From Balanoglossus misakiensis (Eukaryota; Animalia; Hemichordata): DNA of 64,000 nt. Shown here one piece after another: positions 39,501 to 50,059 of this stretch. The stretch covers positions 7,244,193 through 7,308,192 of the forward strand of contig CM082595.2 in the NCBI GenBank assembly GCA_040954595.2, written 5' to 3'. How positions within the stretch are numbered: the first letter of the stretch is position 1; every line of letters starts with the position of its first letter. Below the pieces are notes generated by a model, which saw nothing but the letters and a program-made list of their open reading frames with translations, was not told the DNA's origin and did no database searches. Made by a program: the position numbers and the translations under genes.

Positions 39501-41154
39501 TGGGGGTGTTTTATTGCTATTATATTATGCCAGTATATTGAAACTTTGCATAAAACATTTTAAAAAGGCATTTTCTTTAACTATGATATATGACTGTGGT
39601 ATATGGCTAATATATCACGGTCACGTGTCGTGTCTCGACCAATCAAATAGCGTGATTTACACCATCAATATACTGGTATAATATAATGAGGTTTTTAGCA
39701 TCGCTGAATTGTGCTCTCGTCCAATCAGAATGGTGGATGGTAGCATGATATAATATAATTACCTATATCCTAGTTGACGACACGCAACAGTTGCAGCAAT
39801 ATCATCAAAGCCGTCATCACAGACTGTTCCCCACTGACCATTGTGATATATTTCTACGCGTCCTGCGTACTCATTCGGTCCTCCTACCAAGCGAACGTCA
39901 CCTTCAGCTGTAAATGAAGGAATACATATTCGCTAGGAAACAACTTCAGTTTACATGTATGTGTAAAATGAAGAGAACAGTTACACTGAGTAACATTTAA
40001 GCGTAAGCGGTTACATGAGGTTGTGAACAAAACAGGACTATTAGAGAGATCAGTCATCTGCCGACCATAAAAACAACGTACAACTTCAAGTGCATTTCAC
40101 CGCGGATGTCATTCCCGGGGTACAACTACATGTTCCTAACCCAGCCGATGCTTAGACGATGGCTTCAGTTTAGTGAATAGTTCAGATAGTGAAAATGTAC
40201 GTTGAGTTTGCTGACATAGGTGTTGATGCGTGACCAACAGGAAATAAAACTCAATATACCCAGTTATATGAATGATAACTATTACTGACAAAACAGCATA
40301 CAAATGTAGTTTCCTACAGAAATACACTGATTCAGAAAATAGTATATGAGCATACAATACTGTATATCCAGGTCTTATGTTAAATTAAAAATAACATCAT
40401 ATAGAAATACGACAGGAAAGTTGGTTTTGAAAACATATCCACACGAACGGGATGCTCTTCACATTAAAACTGCTGACAAGCGAATTTGGTGGGAAAGACA
40501 CATTAAAGCGAACACGGAATTTATCAATGTTTTGAGCCACGTACGGCACATGCGTATAAAGGTGATGGTGACGTTATATGCCACTCGCTTGAAACAAACG
40601 CTCCGGTTTGACCAAGATAGTAATAGTCTATTTTCTAACACGTGTGTATCATCAAATTCGTACCATGGCATGGCGGTTTCCCACTAAGCGAATTGACCCC
40701 CACTTCGCAAAGAAGCGAAAGTAAATAAAAGAATAAAGAAAATAGAATAGTTTCCAACCCATACTAAACACCGAAAGGATATCATTAAAATAAATTGATC
40801 AACTATGTTGCTAAAATAAAGCAATTTGAATACTGGCAAACCAATTTGACTGTTCAGTTTTCTATTTTAAAGAAGTCCGCTTTAAAAAAAACGGTCAATG
40901 ATAGAGTCACTCTGCCCGTCTGTAGAGACTAATCCAATGAAATAGTTGCTGACAATCATTACAGTTCGGCAATCGGGCTTTAACCACAAAAACACTCGAA
41001 CAGCAGAAAACAATGAAGACCAAAATGGTCTGTAGTTCAGTAATCTTCTGCAGGCACTATTTGCACAACCACAAAGTTTTCTCTTACCTGTCTCGGTTAG
41101 GCCTATGCGGCCACAGTAGAGCAGTAGCATCGACTTCAGGACTAGTTGCCACAT
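30597..41154 (-). CDS. Signal peptide-3xSRCR-pentraxin/LamG-HYR-PKD1-like GAIN/GPS protein, terminating at the GPS site (secreted form or truncated pseudogene)
   Basis: Phase-consistent exons: 41154-41088 (signal); SRCR halves 39907-39763, 38810-38638, 38470-38326, 37686-37514, 37346-37202, 36804-36635 (VRLVGG..GRVE..WGTVCDD / GP-IW-LDD..C..C..C-HSED-GV-C); PTX 36444-35854 ([20 protein letters not shown]); 35226-35158; HYR 34841-34602 ([10 protein letters not shown]); 34310-34288 (tentative); 33871-33775; 33150-32825; 32414-32306; 32069-31942; 31782-31554; 31275-31184 (CVY..W..DGCR); 30650-30597 ([17 protein letters not shown]). Confidence 0.8.
31871..31922. repeat. (AAAC)n microsatellite
   Basis: About 13 units, intronic. 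Confidence 0.95.
37198..39762. repeat. Recent intragenic tandem duplication (1124-bp period) of SRCR exons
   Basis: 37198-38321 is nearly identical to 38322-39372 plus 39687-39762; identical ORFs are offset by 1124 bp in the ORF track. Confidence 0.9.
39372..39686. mobile_element. Palindromic insertion present in only one copy of the duplication
   Basis: Hairpin AATAAAACACCCCCAGCCATGGTAT...ATACCATGGCTGGGGGTGTTTTATT. The flanks join directly in the other copy (GCTATATTGAGG at about 38243-38254). Confidence 0.7.
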
Positions 41155-43198
41155 CTCAGTGTTTCATTCTGTTTTCCACACGAAAGACAATTTCAACTGT
41201 TGGGCATACAGAGTATAAACTATTACATCCGTCAGTTGCTATGGGAACACCCAGGCGCTTTTATTGGATGCGTCAATATTAATGCACGTCACTCAATCGT
41301 AACCTTGCCGATTGCGTATGATAATTTGTATAATCACATTGCTCGTGTCATCTGATATTGTGCTTTGGTCTTTTCGGAACGATGACCACAAGTGGGATTT
41401 TATCAAGAAATGTCGAATAAATCAACGGACTTCAAAGAAACTGGATTGTCATTTTTGCAAAATACCTTTTTAGCAGCTAAATAAGATAAAATTGAAACTT
41501 TGAATAAGGCAGGAGCGTAATTAACAAACATATTTGCTCCATAAAGTGCCATGTTCCACAACATACAAGGAACACATACATTTATACTGTATACGCAAAT
41601 GACATATGCGAAAGTAGGTCAAAGGTCATCCAGAAGTTGGGTTAATTTTTTGGGCCCAGATTGGACAAAAACGAGTCTTAGTGGTTAGCTTGGAATTAAA
41701 TATGCATATGATATGAGCAATAAAGTAAGAGAAGCTGATATAGATATGGTTAATCTGAAAGAATTGGCACATGCAAAAGTCGCCGTACATATCATAAATA
41801 TGTTCATCTCACCACTCCGAAATTTGAAACGATTTTTGAGAAGTTTTTTTCCAAAGAATTTTGTCATTTTTTCAAAAACAAACATAGCCACCAAAGGAAT
41901 TTTAAGAGCTGCGTGACAGAGGCTCATTGTATGACTTCACATATAAATTTATAATGCAATTTATAGTATACCTGATACTCTGTGTTTCTTTTCTACCGAA
42001 TATACATTGTTCAAGGGATCTGAAGTGATATTATCAGATAGTTAAATTGCTTTTATCAATATTTAACTAAATTGAAATGAATGCAACAATCCTTTAATTT
42101 ATATTTCTGTCACGAACGTTTTACTTCTTTTGTGTCATTGTATAAATATTTTATTTTCGGGCATTGTTATTGTGTGGCAGGTAAATTGACAGGGCCATAG
42201 TTTTTGTCTGAGTTACATGCTGTTGCGATGATCAGGCAACTACGGCTTCTATGCATACATTTTTAAGCGACTCAATATTTTTCTCGGGTATAGACAGGCG
42301 TATGCTCTTATGGCTGGTCAATACGTGGATATTGTATAAACCCATCCATCGAATCTGTTTCCTACGTACTATATTAATGTCATGCGGTGTGCGTCGTTTC
42401 TGTTCTGATACAAAAGCCCTGGTGCTAAGCGTGGAATTACATATACTGTATGAACAATTAAATATTGAAATGCATCGAATAAAGGTCAAAGATTTAGGAA
42501 AAATTGTCCATATAAAATTGACAATTTTATATTTAAAACAATTTATGTCAAATATTCAACACAAATCAGTGGCCTGCAGTAAACACCCCCCCCCCCCCTA
42601 AAAAAGTATATGTGTTCCCGGGATGTGTGCATATCCATGTAGCAGTCATCGAGCAGAAGCGAAGCATTTCTGTCTGGAATGACCACAAACTTATGCACGT
42701 CATCCATATCATACAGTACGGAAAGTTTTAACCGCAAATGCCATCGGACACTACAGGAAGTTAAGAGCTACTTACAAAAGGCGCGGCGTGTGATACATGT
42801 ACGGTGTCTAAATTAATAAATTGCAATTTGTGCAGTATAACGACAGATTACAAGAGGCATTGTGTATGATATGTTGTATAAATTTATAATGCAATTTAAC
42901 AGATAGCTGATACTCTTTTTTCTCCCGATACACATGCTCATTTTTCCTTGGGCCAGAAGGTACGAAATGACATTAACTCGCATTATTAATATTTAACTAA
43001 CATGAATTGAATGCGGCAAATTAATTGTTTAATCTCAAGATCTATCACAAGTATTTTCTTCTTTCTTGTCATTTTAACAATTGTCATTTTTGTGTGAAAC
43101 GTAAATTAATGAGGCCGTAGCTTGTGTCTTAGTCTTAGACAAGTATGGCTTCTGTACTTCTATAGTTCCAGATTGTGAAGTGTCCATTGCTGTTTTCC

Positions 43199-43277
43199 TA
43201 GTCTGACCCTGCCCAATCCCAGCCGCTGGCTGCAGAGTAGTTCGAGCGGCGTGAGAAAGAGACAGGGAACCAGACTA
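43199..43277. mobile_element. TAGTCTG...CAGACTA inverted-terminus element; candidate left end of the helicase-bearing transposon
   Basis: TAGTCTGACCCTG...CAGGGAACCAGACTA overlaps a second TAGTCTGG, about 345 bp upstream of the helicase ATG. Confidence 0.45.
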
Positions 43278-43621
43278 GTCTGGTCGTCCACTGCCCCATT
43301 CCCATCGCTAGCATGCATTACCCCAGAGAAGGTGTGTAACTTGTCAGAGTGCATAAAGAGTACTTCAAGATTTCTTATTTATCCCCTGTGTATGCAAACT
43401 GGAGGGTCTGCTGTCTGCTGACATAGTTAGCCAATCAGAGCGAGGTTCTTATCCGCGTGGATGGGATGGACCGAAAGTTGTCTGGTACCCTGCCCCCTTT
43501 CTCCCGCTGCTGGCGCTACACTCACGAAAGGGGTCAGGTAAAGGTTATTTAATGCATGGCTGTGATTGGACATTAATATCGAGCGTGCTGATTGGTCAAT
43601 AAAGTTTTCAGACGACAAACA

Positions 43622-44919
43622 ATGGCGTCGTTCAAAGAAAAGCTCGACTTTGTTATTCGCACAAAGTATGCACTGTCTTGTATTAACCGTCGACGCGGCT
43701 CTGCTTTCACTTGTTAAAAACCGAAACAGGTGGACTGTTTGGCAGTGTGCTTGAAAGGAGACTGTATCGCGCTGTTGCCAACAGGATATGGAAAGTCAGT
43801 GATATTTGAATCACTGCCGATTCTATTCCCACCGGAGACTGCTGCTGTCGTTATAATAACTCCACTGAACGCAATCATCGAGGAGCAATGCAGCAAGTTG
43901 GGTGTTGAAGCCGTGAAGATCGACCGTAATTTTTCTTTCGGGAGTACTGTGAAAAAACGCTTTCTAGATGGCGACTTTACCTACGTTTTCTCACACCCAG
44001 AACATATTCTGCAGCCAGAAGCGTTTGAAGTTTTTAGAAGACCAGTGTGGCAGAAGAAGGTTACCCACATAGTGATCGATGAGGCACATTGTGTTGTGCA
44101 ATGGGGTACTGACTTTCGCCCTGATTTCAAACATTTAAAAAACCTCCGGGCAATATTTAATAATGCAAAAGTTTTGGCGATGACAGCTACTTCTACGATT
44201 GAGACACGGGCAGATATCAGTGAACTACTGCTGTTAAAAAACCCGACAATTGTGTCTTCAAACATCGACAGAAGAAATATCAAATTAATTGTCAGAAAGA
44301 GACCTCCAAACTCGGGTGGTAACCATACCGTACAAGCGTCATATGATACGATTTTTCTGCCGCTTATTGAAGAGTTGCAGAATCTTGGGAATGGTTTTCC
44401 CAGACCAATTGTATACACCCAACTGAAGTGGTGTGGCTATGCACATGAGCTGGCTCTAAGACCCTGCTTGGATAGCGATCCTCCTTTCCAAGATATTGGG
44501 GATATGGTTGCCCAGTTCCATGCATCTTGCACAGATAAGGTAATGCAACTTAGTGTTTGAAGTTACTCTGATAAAATAAAATGTCATTTAGTTTTTGAAT
44601 ACTATTATTTTAAAGGTAGTTTGTAAAACAACTGCAAGTCATTTAATATTATTACTTTAAAGTGTAGATACATCACTTGAAACATAACAGGTGAAATAAT
44701 ATTTTTGAAAAAAAAATGTTATGTAAATTTTTAGCACCTACATATATGTAAACGACATGTTGTATTTTTTTCAACAGATGAAAAAAGAAATTATTGAAGG
44801 TATGGCAGCGCCAAACAGTACCCTGAGATTGTTATTTGCCACCGAGGCATATGGTATGGGTGCAGACCCAGCAGGGGTGAGAAGAGTAATCCATGCCGGT
44901 CCACCAAGATCACTAGAGA
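43622..44919 (+). pseudogene. RecQ-like SF2 helicase, decayed; probably AcademH transposon-derived
   Basis: ATG at 43622 with an in-frame TAA at 43715. Then KPKQ, motif I LPTGYGKS, Ia ITPLNA, SHPE, II VIDEAHC..QWG.DFRP, III AMTAT. Intron 44540-44777. Exon 2 has motif V ATEAYGMGAD..VRRVIH.GPP. No motif VI (QExGRAGR) exon found. Confidence 0.8.
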
Positions 44920-45129
44920 GTATGTACCAATACCAATTTGTCATGTTATTATTATTTTTCTCATTTAAATTTTTGCATTTAGAATAACTAAGGTTCCATG
45001 ATCAAATCTTCCTGACAGCAACCATTCCCTAGATCTTTGAATCCTTCAGTATCACCATAAGAGCATCAACAGGTGTCCTTTACAGCCAGCTGTCCTATAA
45101 AGAGATAAAATTCTATTCAATCTTTGGCT

Positions 45130-45358
45130 TAGACTTGCTCCAAGTCTATGGGATGTGTAGTGAACGTGTCGGCTTGGTCGACGCTACCCGAAACCACAAG
45201 CTCAGTCGCAAATTCGAAACTCGCCTCACTACCAAAAACACGCTAAAGGCAAGCATGCACGCAAAAAGTATTGAAATTATTTATTAAGACAAAAAACCAC
45301 CGAAAACACAAAAAGTATTGAGATTTAAAAATCACCAAGCGACTAGTGGGCTAGTCTA
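45130..45358. mobile_element. TAGACT...AGTCTA element with perfect 9-bp TSD (inverted copy of 28861-29143)
   Basis: TCTTTGGCT|TAGACTTGCTCCAAGTCTA...CGACTAGTGGGCTAGTCTA|TCTTTGGCT. Confidence 0.85.
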
Positions 45359-46645
45359 TCTTTGGCTTTAAAAAATCTGCTTAAAAGAGAGGGAGAGAGA
45401 AGAGTGAGACTGTCACTGAGAGTGAGAGATGGTCATATATGTTTGCATATGATATGAACGTTCAATAAAGTACCTGGCATATCTGTAGGAATCAAACACT
45501 TGAAACAGGTAGAATTTCCAGATCTAGGCCATCCAATCAGCAGAAATGTCCTCTGAAAGTAATAATTACAGCACATCTCAAGTGCCCGTACCCTTGGTCC
45601 ACATGGTAAGGCGCTAGGCGAATACGAATACGAATACGAAAATGAAAATGAAAATCTCAAAGTTTGTTTTGGGTTCTTTCCTCCAATTCGGGGAAAACAC
45701 CTTTTCCTTCCAAAACGTCAAAAGAAGGCTTTTATTTCAAAATTGTAGAATCCCCGACATGTACAGTTATTTAAACATACAATGAAAGTAAGCAAATTTG
45801 TATACACCCTGTAAATTTCTGTTTCCTGGTGGAATCGGGGGCTAAAAATACCTCGCTTCTGTCAGTGACTCCAATACGAAAACGAATACGAGAATGAACA
45901 CGAATACGAATTCGAAAACGAGAATAACTTCAGCGCAGTTACTTCCGGGAGTAACGTTAGGGTTAGGGTTCATCGACATCCACTACAGCCCACGAGGCGC
46001 CCTCTTTGTCCAATGTAAACGTCCCCCTTTTTTTCGACGCATGAATAATTAATTAGGTATCAGACAATCCTCAGAAATGAACATATATGAGACTCGTGAA
46101 CATTGATATTGATGATGATGGTGGTGGTGGTGGTGGTGGTGGTGATGCATGGTGACAGTCTACAGTGTACATTTACACGTCAGAAATACTTTTACATGTA
46201 TATTTTTCACAATGGATCGGACAGGTTTTGTAATATTTAAAAATGCCCAAATTCTCAGGGTAATTCCTCCAGTAGCCACCGATCTAGCTTTCTTATTCAC
46301 CAACTCGAAGAATTTTTAACCACCTGTACCACTATTTGTTTCTAATAACAGTTTGGCAGAAAATGTTAAATTATTTACTTCGACATGTCTATATGCTACA
46401 GCGCTATTGTTTTGACCAATACAGAATGTAAGTTGAAACATAGACAATAGTCTACTGTCTATAGCTGAAATGGTATTTGACAGTTTTTGACAATGGGTTA
46501 GAGTTGTATTGGAATTTGTCTCCAGGTTGCTAGGCGTGTACTCAGCGGTGCAACGAAGGGACCGTGGTAGACTATCTTCGCCTGCCAAGGTCAGTGGTCG
46601 GGCCCGGGGGTCGAGCCAGCGAACCGTGCGTGAGGACAATGGTGG

Positions 46646-46892
46646 TAGACTAGCCCACTAGTCGCTTGGTAATTTTTTGTCTTTATAAACATTCTTAATT
46701 GATTCGGTTGTCTGACGTCTCCTAATTTTTACTCACTACTTTTCGGGTGTTTCTTTGCTTTGAACAAGTTTTGAATTCGTGGCTGAGCTGATGGTTTCGG
46801 TTACTGTCCAGTTTTCCGGAATCACAGTGTGTTGGAATGTTTTTACATGTTTTGTGAAAAAAAATGAAGCCCATAGACTTGAAGAAAGTCTA
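46646..46892. mobile_element. Third TAGACT...AGTCTA element (same ends, different interior)
   Basis: TAGACTAGCCCACTAGTCGCTTGGT...CCCATAGACTTGAAGAAAGTCTA; TSD not clean. Confidence 0.7.
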
Positions 46893-47839
46893 GGACCACA
46901 GTCACTCCACACAGACCATGCTAGGACCATGGCGGTGTGAACGAGTTGCGCCAAGCATGCAGGTAGACGGGAAGGAAATCACAACACCATGTTGATTGGC
47001 GAAATCTCCTTTGTGAATAGGTGTTTTAACACCGTTAATCGCTTTTGTGTAAATGTCCTAAAACTCGACGCGCCAATTTACCCATTCTGCGCGATGCTGG
47101 TAGTCATGACGCCAAACTTCACTGTTTCAGACGTAAACGAGTAACATTGTGTGGAATTTCTCGCGTCCCAACACCCAATTAGAATTAACAGAAAGTGACT
47201 TTTAGCAGCAAGGGAGAACATGACAACAGAATACGGATATCGTACATTTGGGAATAGAGTAAGTAACTGACGGAAAACGTCCACGCATCACTTTGGGATT
47301 GTGGTTCTAACCACTGCGTTTATAACATAACATGTGAGCTAAGAGCAATTATGATTTTATTATATAATCACGACCGAATGGCGAGTTGAAAAAAAATGAA
47401 AATAGTAGATACTTTGATCAAAACATGCAGTGGGGTTGTCGCTATAGACGGCGCCCTCAACGACCACACACGTCTGCCTGCCTCTTCTCTAAAGCCAAAG
47501 GTCGTTGACGGCACTCTCTGGAGAGTTAAGCTTCCGGACTGTAAACTTAATCCACTATCTATGGAGGTACTTAGTATCTCCATGGCCACAGACTATGGTC
47601 GCCGCCGTCTTGTCTGTTGTTAGGACAGCACACTGCTTTATGACATTGACTGTATACAAGTTATGTAACCAGAGTTTGTTACATTTGCATAAAGAAGTTT
47701 TTCTTTTGAGAAAAATTCAAAGAGTTAGTCAGCCCTTCGAAGCTCACTTGGATAAAAACAATACAACATCATAGATCAAAAGATGGTCAGTGCAAAAAGT
47801 GCTTAAAATCAACCGTTACTCTCACCAACACAATTGTAA

Positions 47840-49848
47840 AAAATAGCGTCAAGGACACTGTGGTCCCATTTGAGGACATAGCACATATCAACATAGCAAT
47901 AAGCATATCTGCTCTCGATGCAAAGATATGTAAAAGTAGGTCAAAGGTCACCTGAGGTCATGCAAAATTTGGGCAAGAAATTTTGACCCTATACTGGTCC
48001 ATGTTCAACAAAAAACAAACCTATAGCCCTATTGGTTAGCCTGGAATTAGGTATGCACATAATTAATGAGATATGCAGGTGTAACAGGTGACCCCCAATT
48101 TTGGCTTTTCAATTTTAGTCCCAACCCTCCAAACGCCAAGTCTGTACCTGCTCTGGATGCCAAGATATGATAAAGTAGGTCAAAGGTCACCTGAGGTCAT
48201 GCAAAATTTGGGCAAGAAATTTTGACCTTATACTGGTCCATGTTCAATAAAAACAAAACCTATAGCCTTATTGGTTAGCCTGGAATTAGGTATGCACATA
48301 ATTAATGAGATATGCAGGTGTCACAGGTGACCCCCAATTTTGGCTTTTCAATTTTAGTCCCAACCCTCAAAACGCCAAGTCTGTACCTGCTCTGGATGCC
48401 AAGATATGGAAAAGTAGGTCAAAGGTCACCTGAGGTCATGCAAAATTTGGGCAAGAAATTTTGACCCTATACTGGTCCATGTTCAACAAAAACCAAACCT
48501 ATAGCCTTATTGGTTAGCCTGGAATTAGGTATGCACATAATTAATGAGATATGCAGGTGTCACAGGTGACCCCCAATTTTGGCTTTTCAATTTTAGTCCC
48601 AACCCTCCAAACGCCAAGTCTGTACCTGCTCTGGATGCCAAGATATGATAAAGTAGGTCAAAGGTCACCTGAGGTCATGCAAAATTTGGGCAAGAAATTT
48701 TGACCTTATACTGGTCCATGTTCAATAAAAACAAAACCTATAGCCTTATTGGTTAGCCTGGAATTAGGTATGCACATAATTAATGAGATATGCAGGTGTC
48801 ACAGGTGACCCCCAATTTTGGCTTTTCAATTTTAGTCCCAACCCTCAAAACGCCAAGTCTGTACCTGCTCTGGATGCCAAGATATGGAAAAGTAGGTCAA
48901 AGGTCACCTGAGGTCATGCAAAATTTGGGCAAGAAATTTTGACCCTATACTGGTCCATGTTCAACAAAAACCAAACCTATAGCCCTATTGGTTAGCCTGG
49001 AATTAGGTATGCACATAATTAATGAGATATGCAGGTGTCACAGGTGACCCATATTTTGGCTTTTCAATTTTAGTCCCAACCCTCAAAACGCTAAGTCTGT
49101 ACCTGCTCTGGATGCCGAGATATAGGAAAGTAGGTCAAAGGTCACCTGAGGTCACCCAAAATTTGGGGAAGAAATTTTGACCCTATACATGTCCATGTCT
49201 CACAAGAACGAAACCTCTAGCCCTATTAGTTAGCCCGGAATTAGGTATGCACATAATTAATGTGTTAAGCAGGTGTTACAGGTGAGCCCAAAAATTTGCC
49301 TTTTATTTTGGCCCCATTGTGCTCACTGACCAATAGACAGTCACTGTACAGGACTATTGCACAGACCAGAATTCCACAATAAGACGTGGACATAGCTTAA
49401 CCATAGAGGTATAAGTAAAGGTATAAATTTAACAAAAGGCTAAAAAATTCATAAAAAATAAAACATCCATGATATCAACTTAACACTTACAGGTCGGTGT
49501 GAGGTTGACATAAGGTACATGCATACCAATTGTCAAAGCAATCTGACCAGTAGTTGTTGACTTACAGAGTTTTGATCAATTTCACATTTTTCCAGCTAAT
49601 TTGCATATTTTTGGGCCTGGCAACTTCGTTTGGACAAACTCCCATCTACAGCCCTGCCTGCACCTACACACCAAATATTGAGGTGATACGCGCAGCGGTT
49701 TTCAAGTTTTTGATGTGGACGGACATACAGACATACATCCATACATCCATCCATCCATCCATCCATCCATCCATCCATACATACATACAGACGCAACCCA
49801 TCCCATAAGGTCCCATGGTATATAGGCCTATACCAATGGGACCTAAAA
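47840..49848 (+). mobile_element. Non-autonomous Helentron/DINE-1-like element carrying a satellite array
   Basis: Left GGTCCCAT motif, then internal tandem repeats, a (CATC/CATA)n microsatellite at 49723-49790, a terminal hairpin GGTCCCATGGTATA..TATACCAATGGGACC and an A-run. The same 3' end occurs at 55056-55183. Confidence 0.6.
47930..49310. repeat. 239-bp tandem satellite, about 5.8 copies
   Basis: TCAAAGGTCACC recurs at 47941, 48180, 48419, 48658, 48897 and 49135. Confidence 0.95.
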
Positions 49849-50059
49849 ACTAGTACATAATCCCTCCTCCACTACAAAACCCTTTGTGAGTTTGAAATTT
49901 TTAGCGTATAGTTGTGTACGAATTTTGAATTTGACCACAGCCCCTCTGTGGTTTGACCAAGGTCACTCCACAGCCTCCAATGTCAATGTGGTCTTGTGAT
50001 CCTGGGAGGCTAACAAATTACCATTGTTAATGTATATCTTGTCCATTGTTGGTAAACTT

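Noticed and set aside
43666-43729. GT-AG intron that would remove the helicase stop codon
   Set aside because: It would shift the frame and delete the conserved KPKQ motif.
45955-45970. TTAGGG telomere-like run
   Set aside because: Only about 2 units inside a dispersed repeat.
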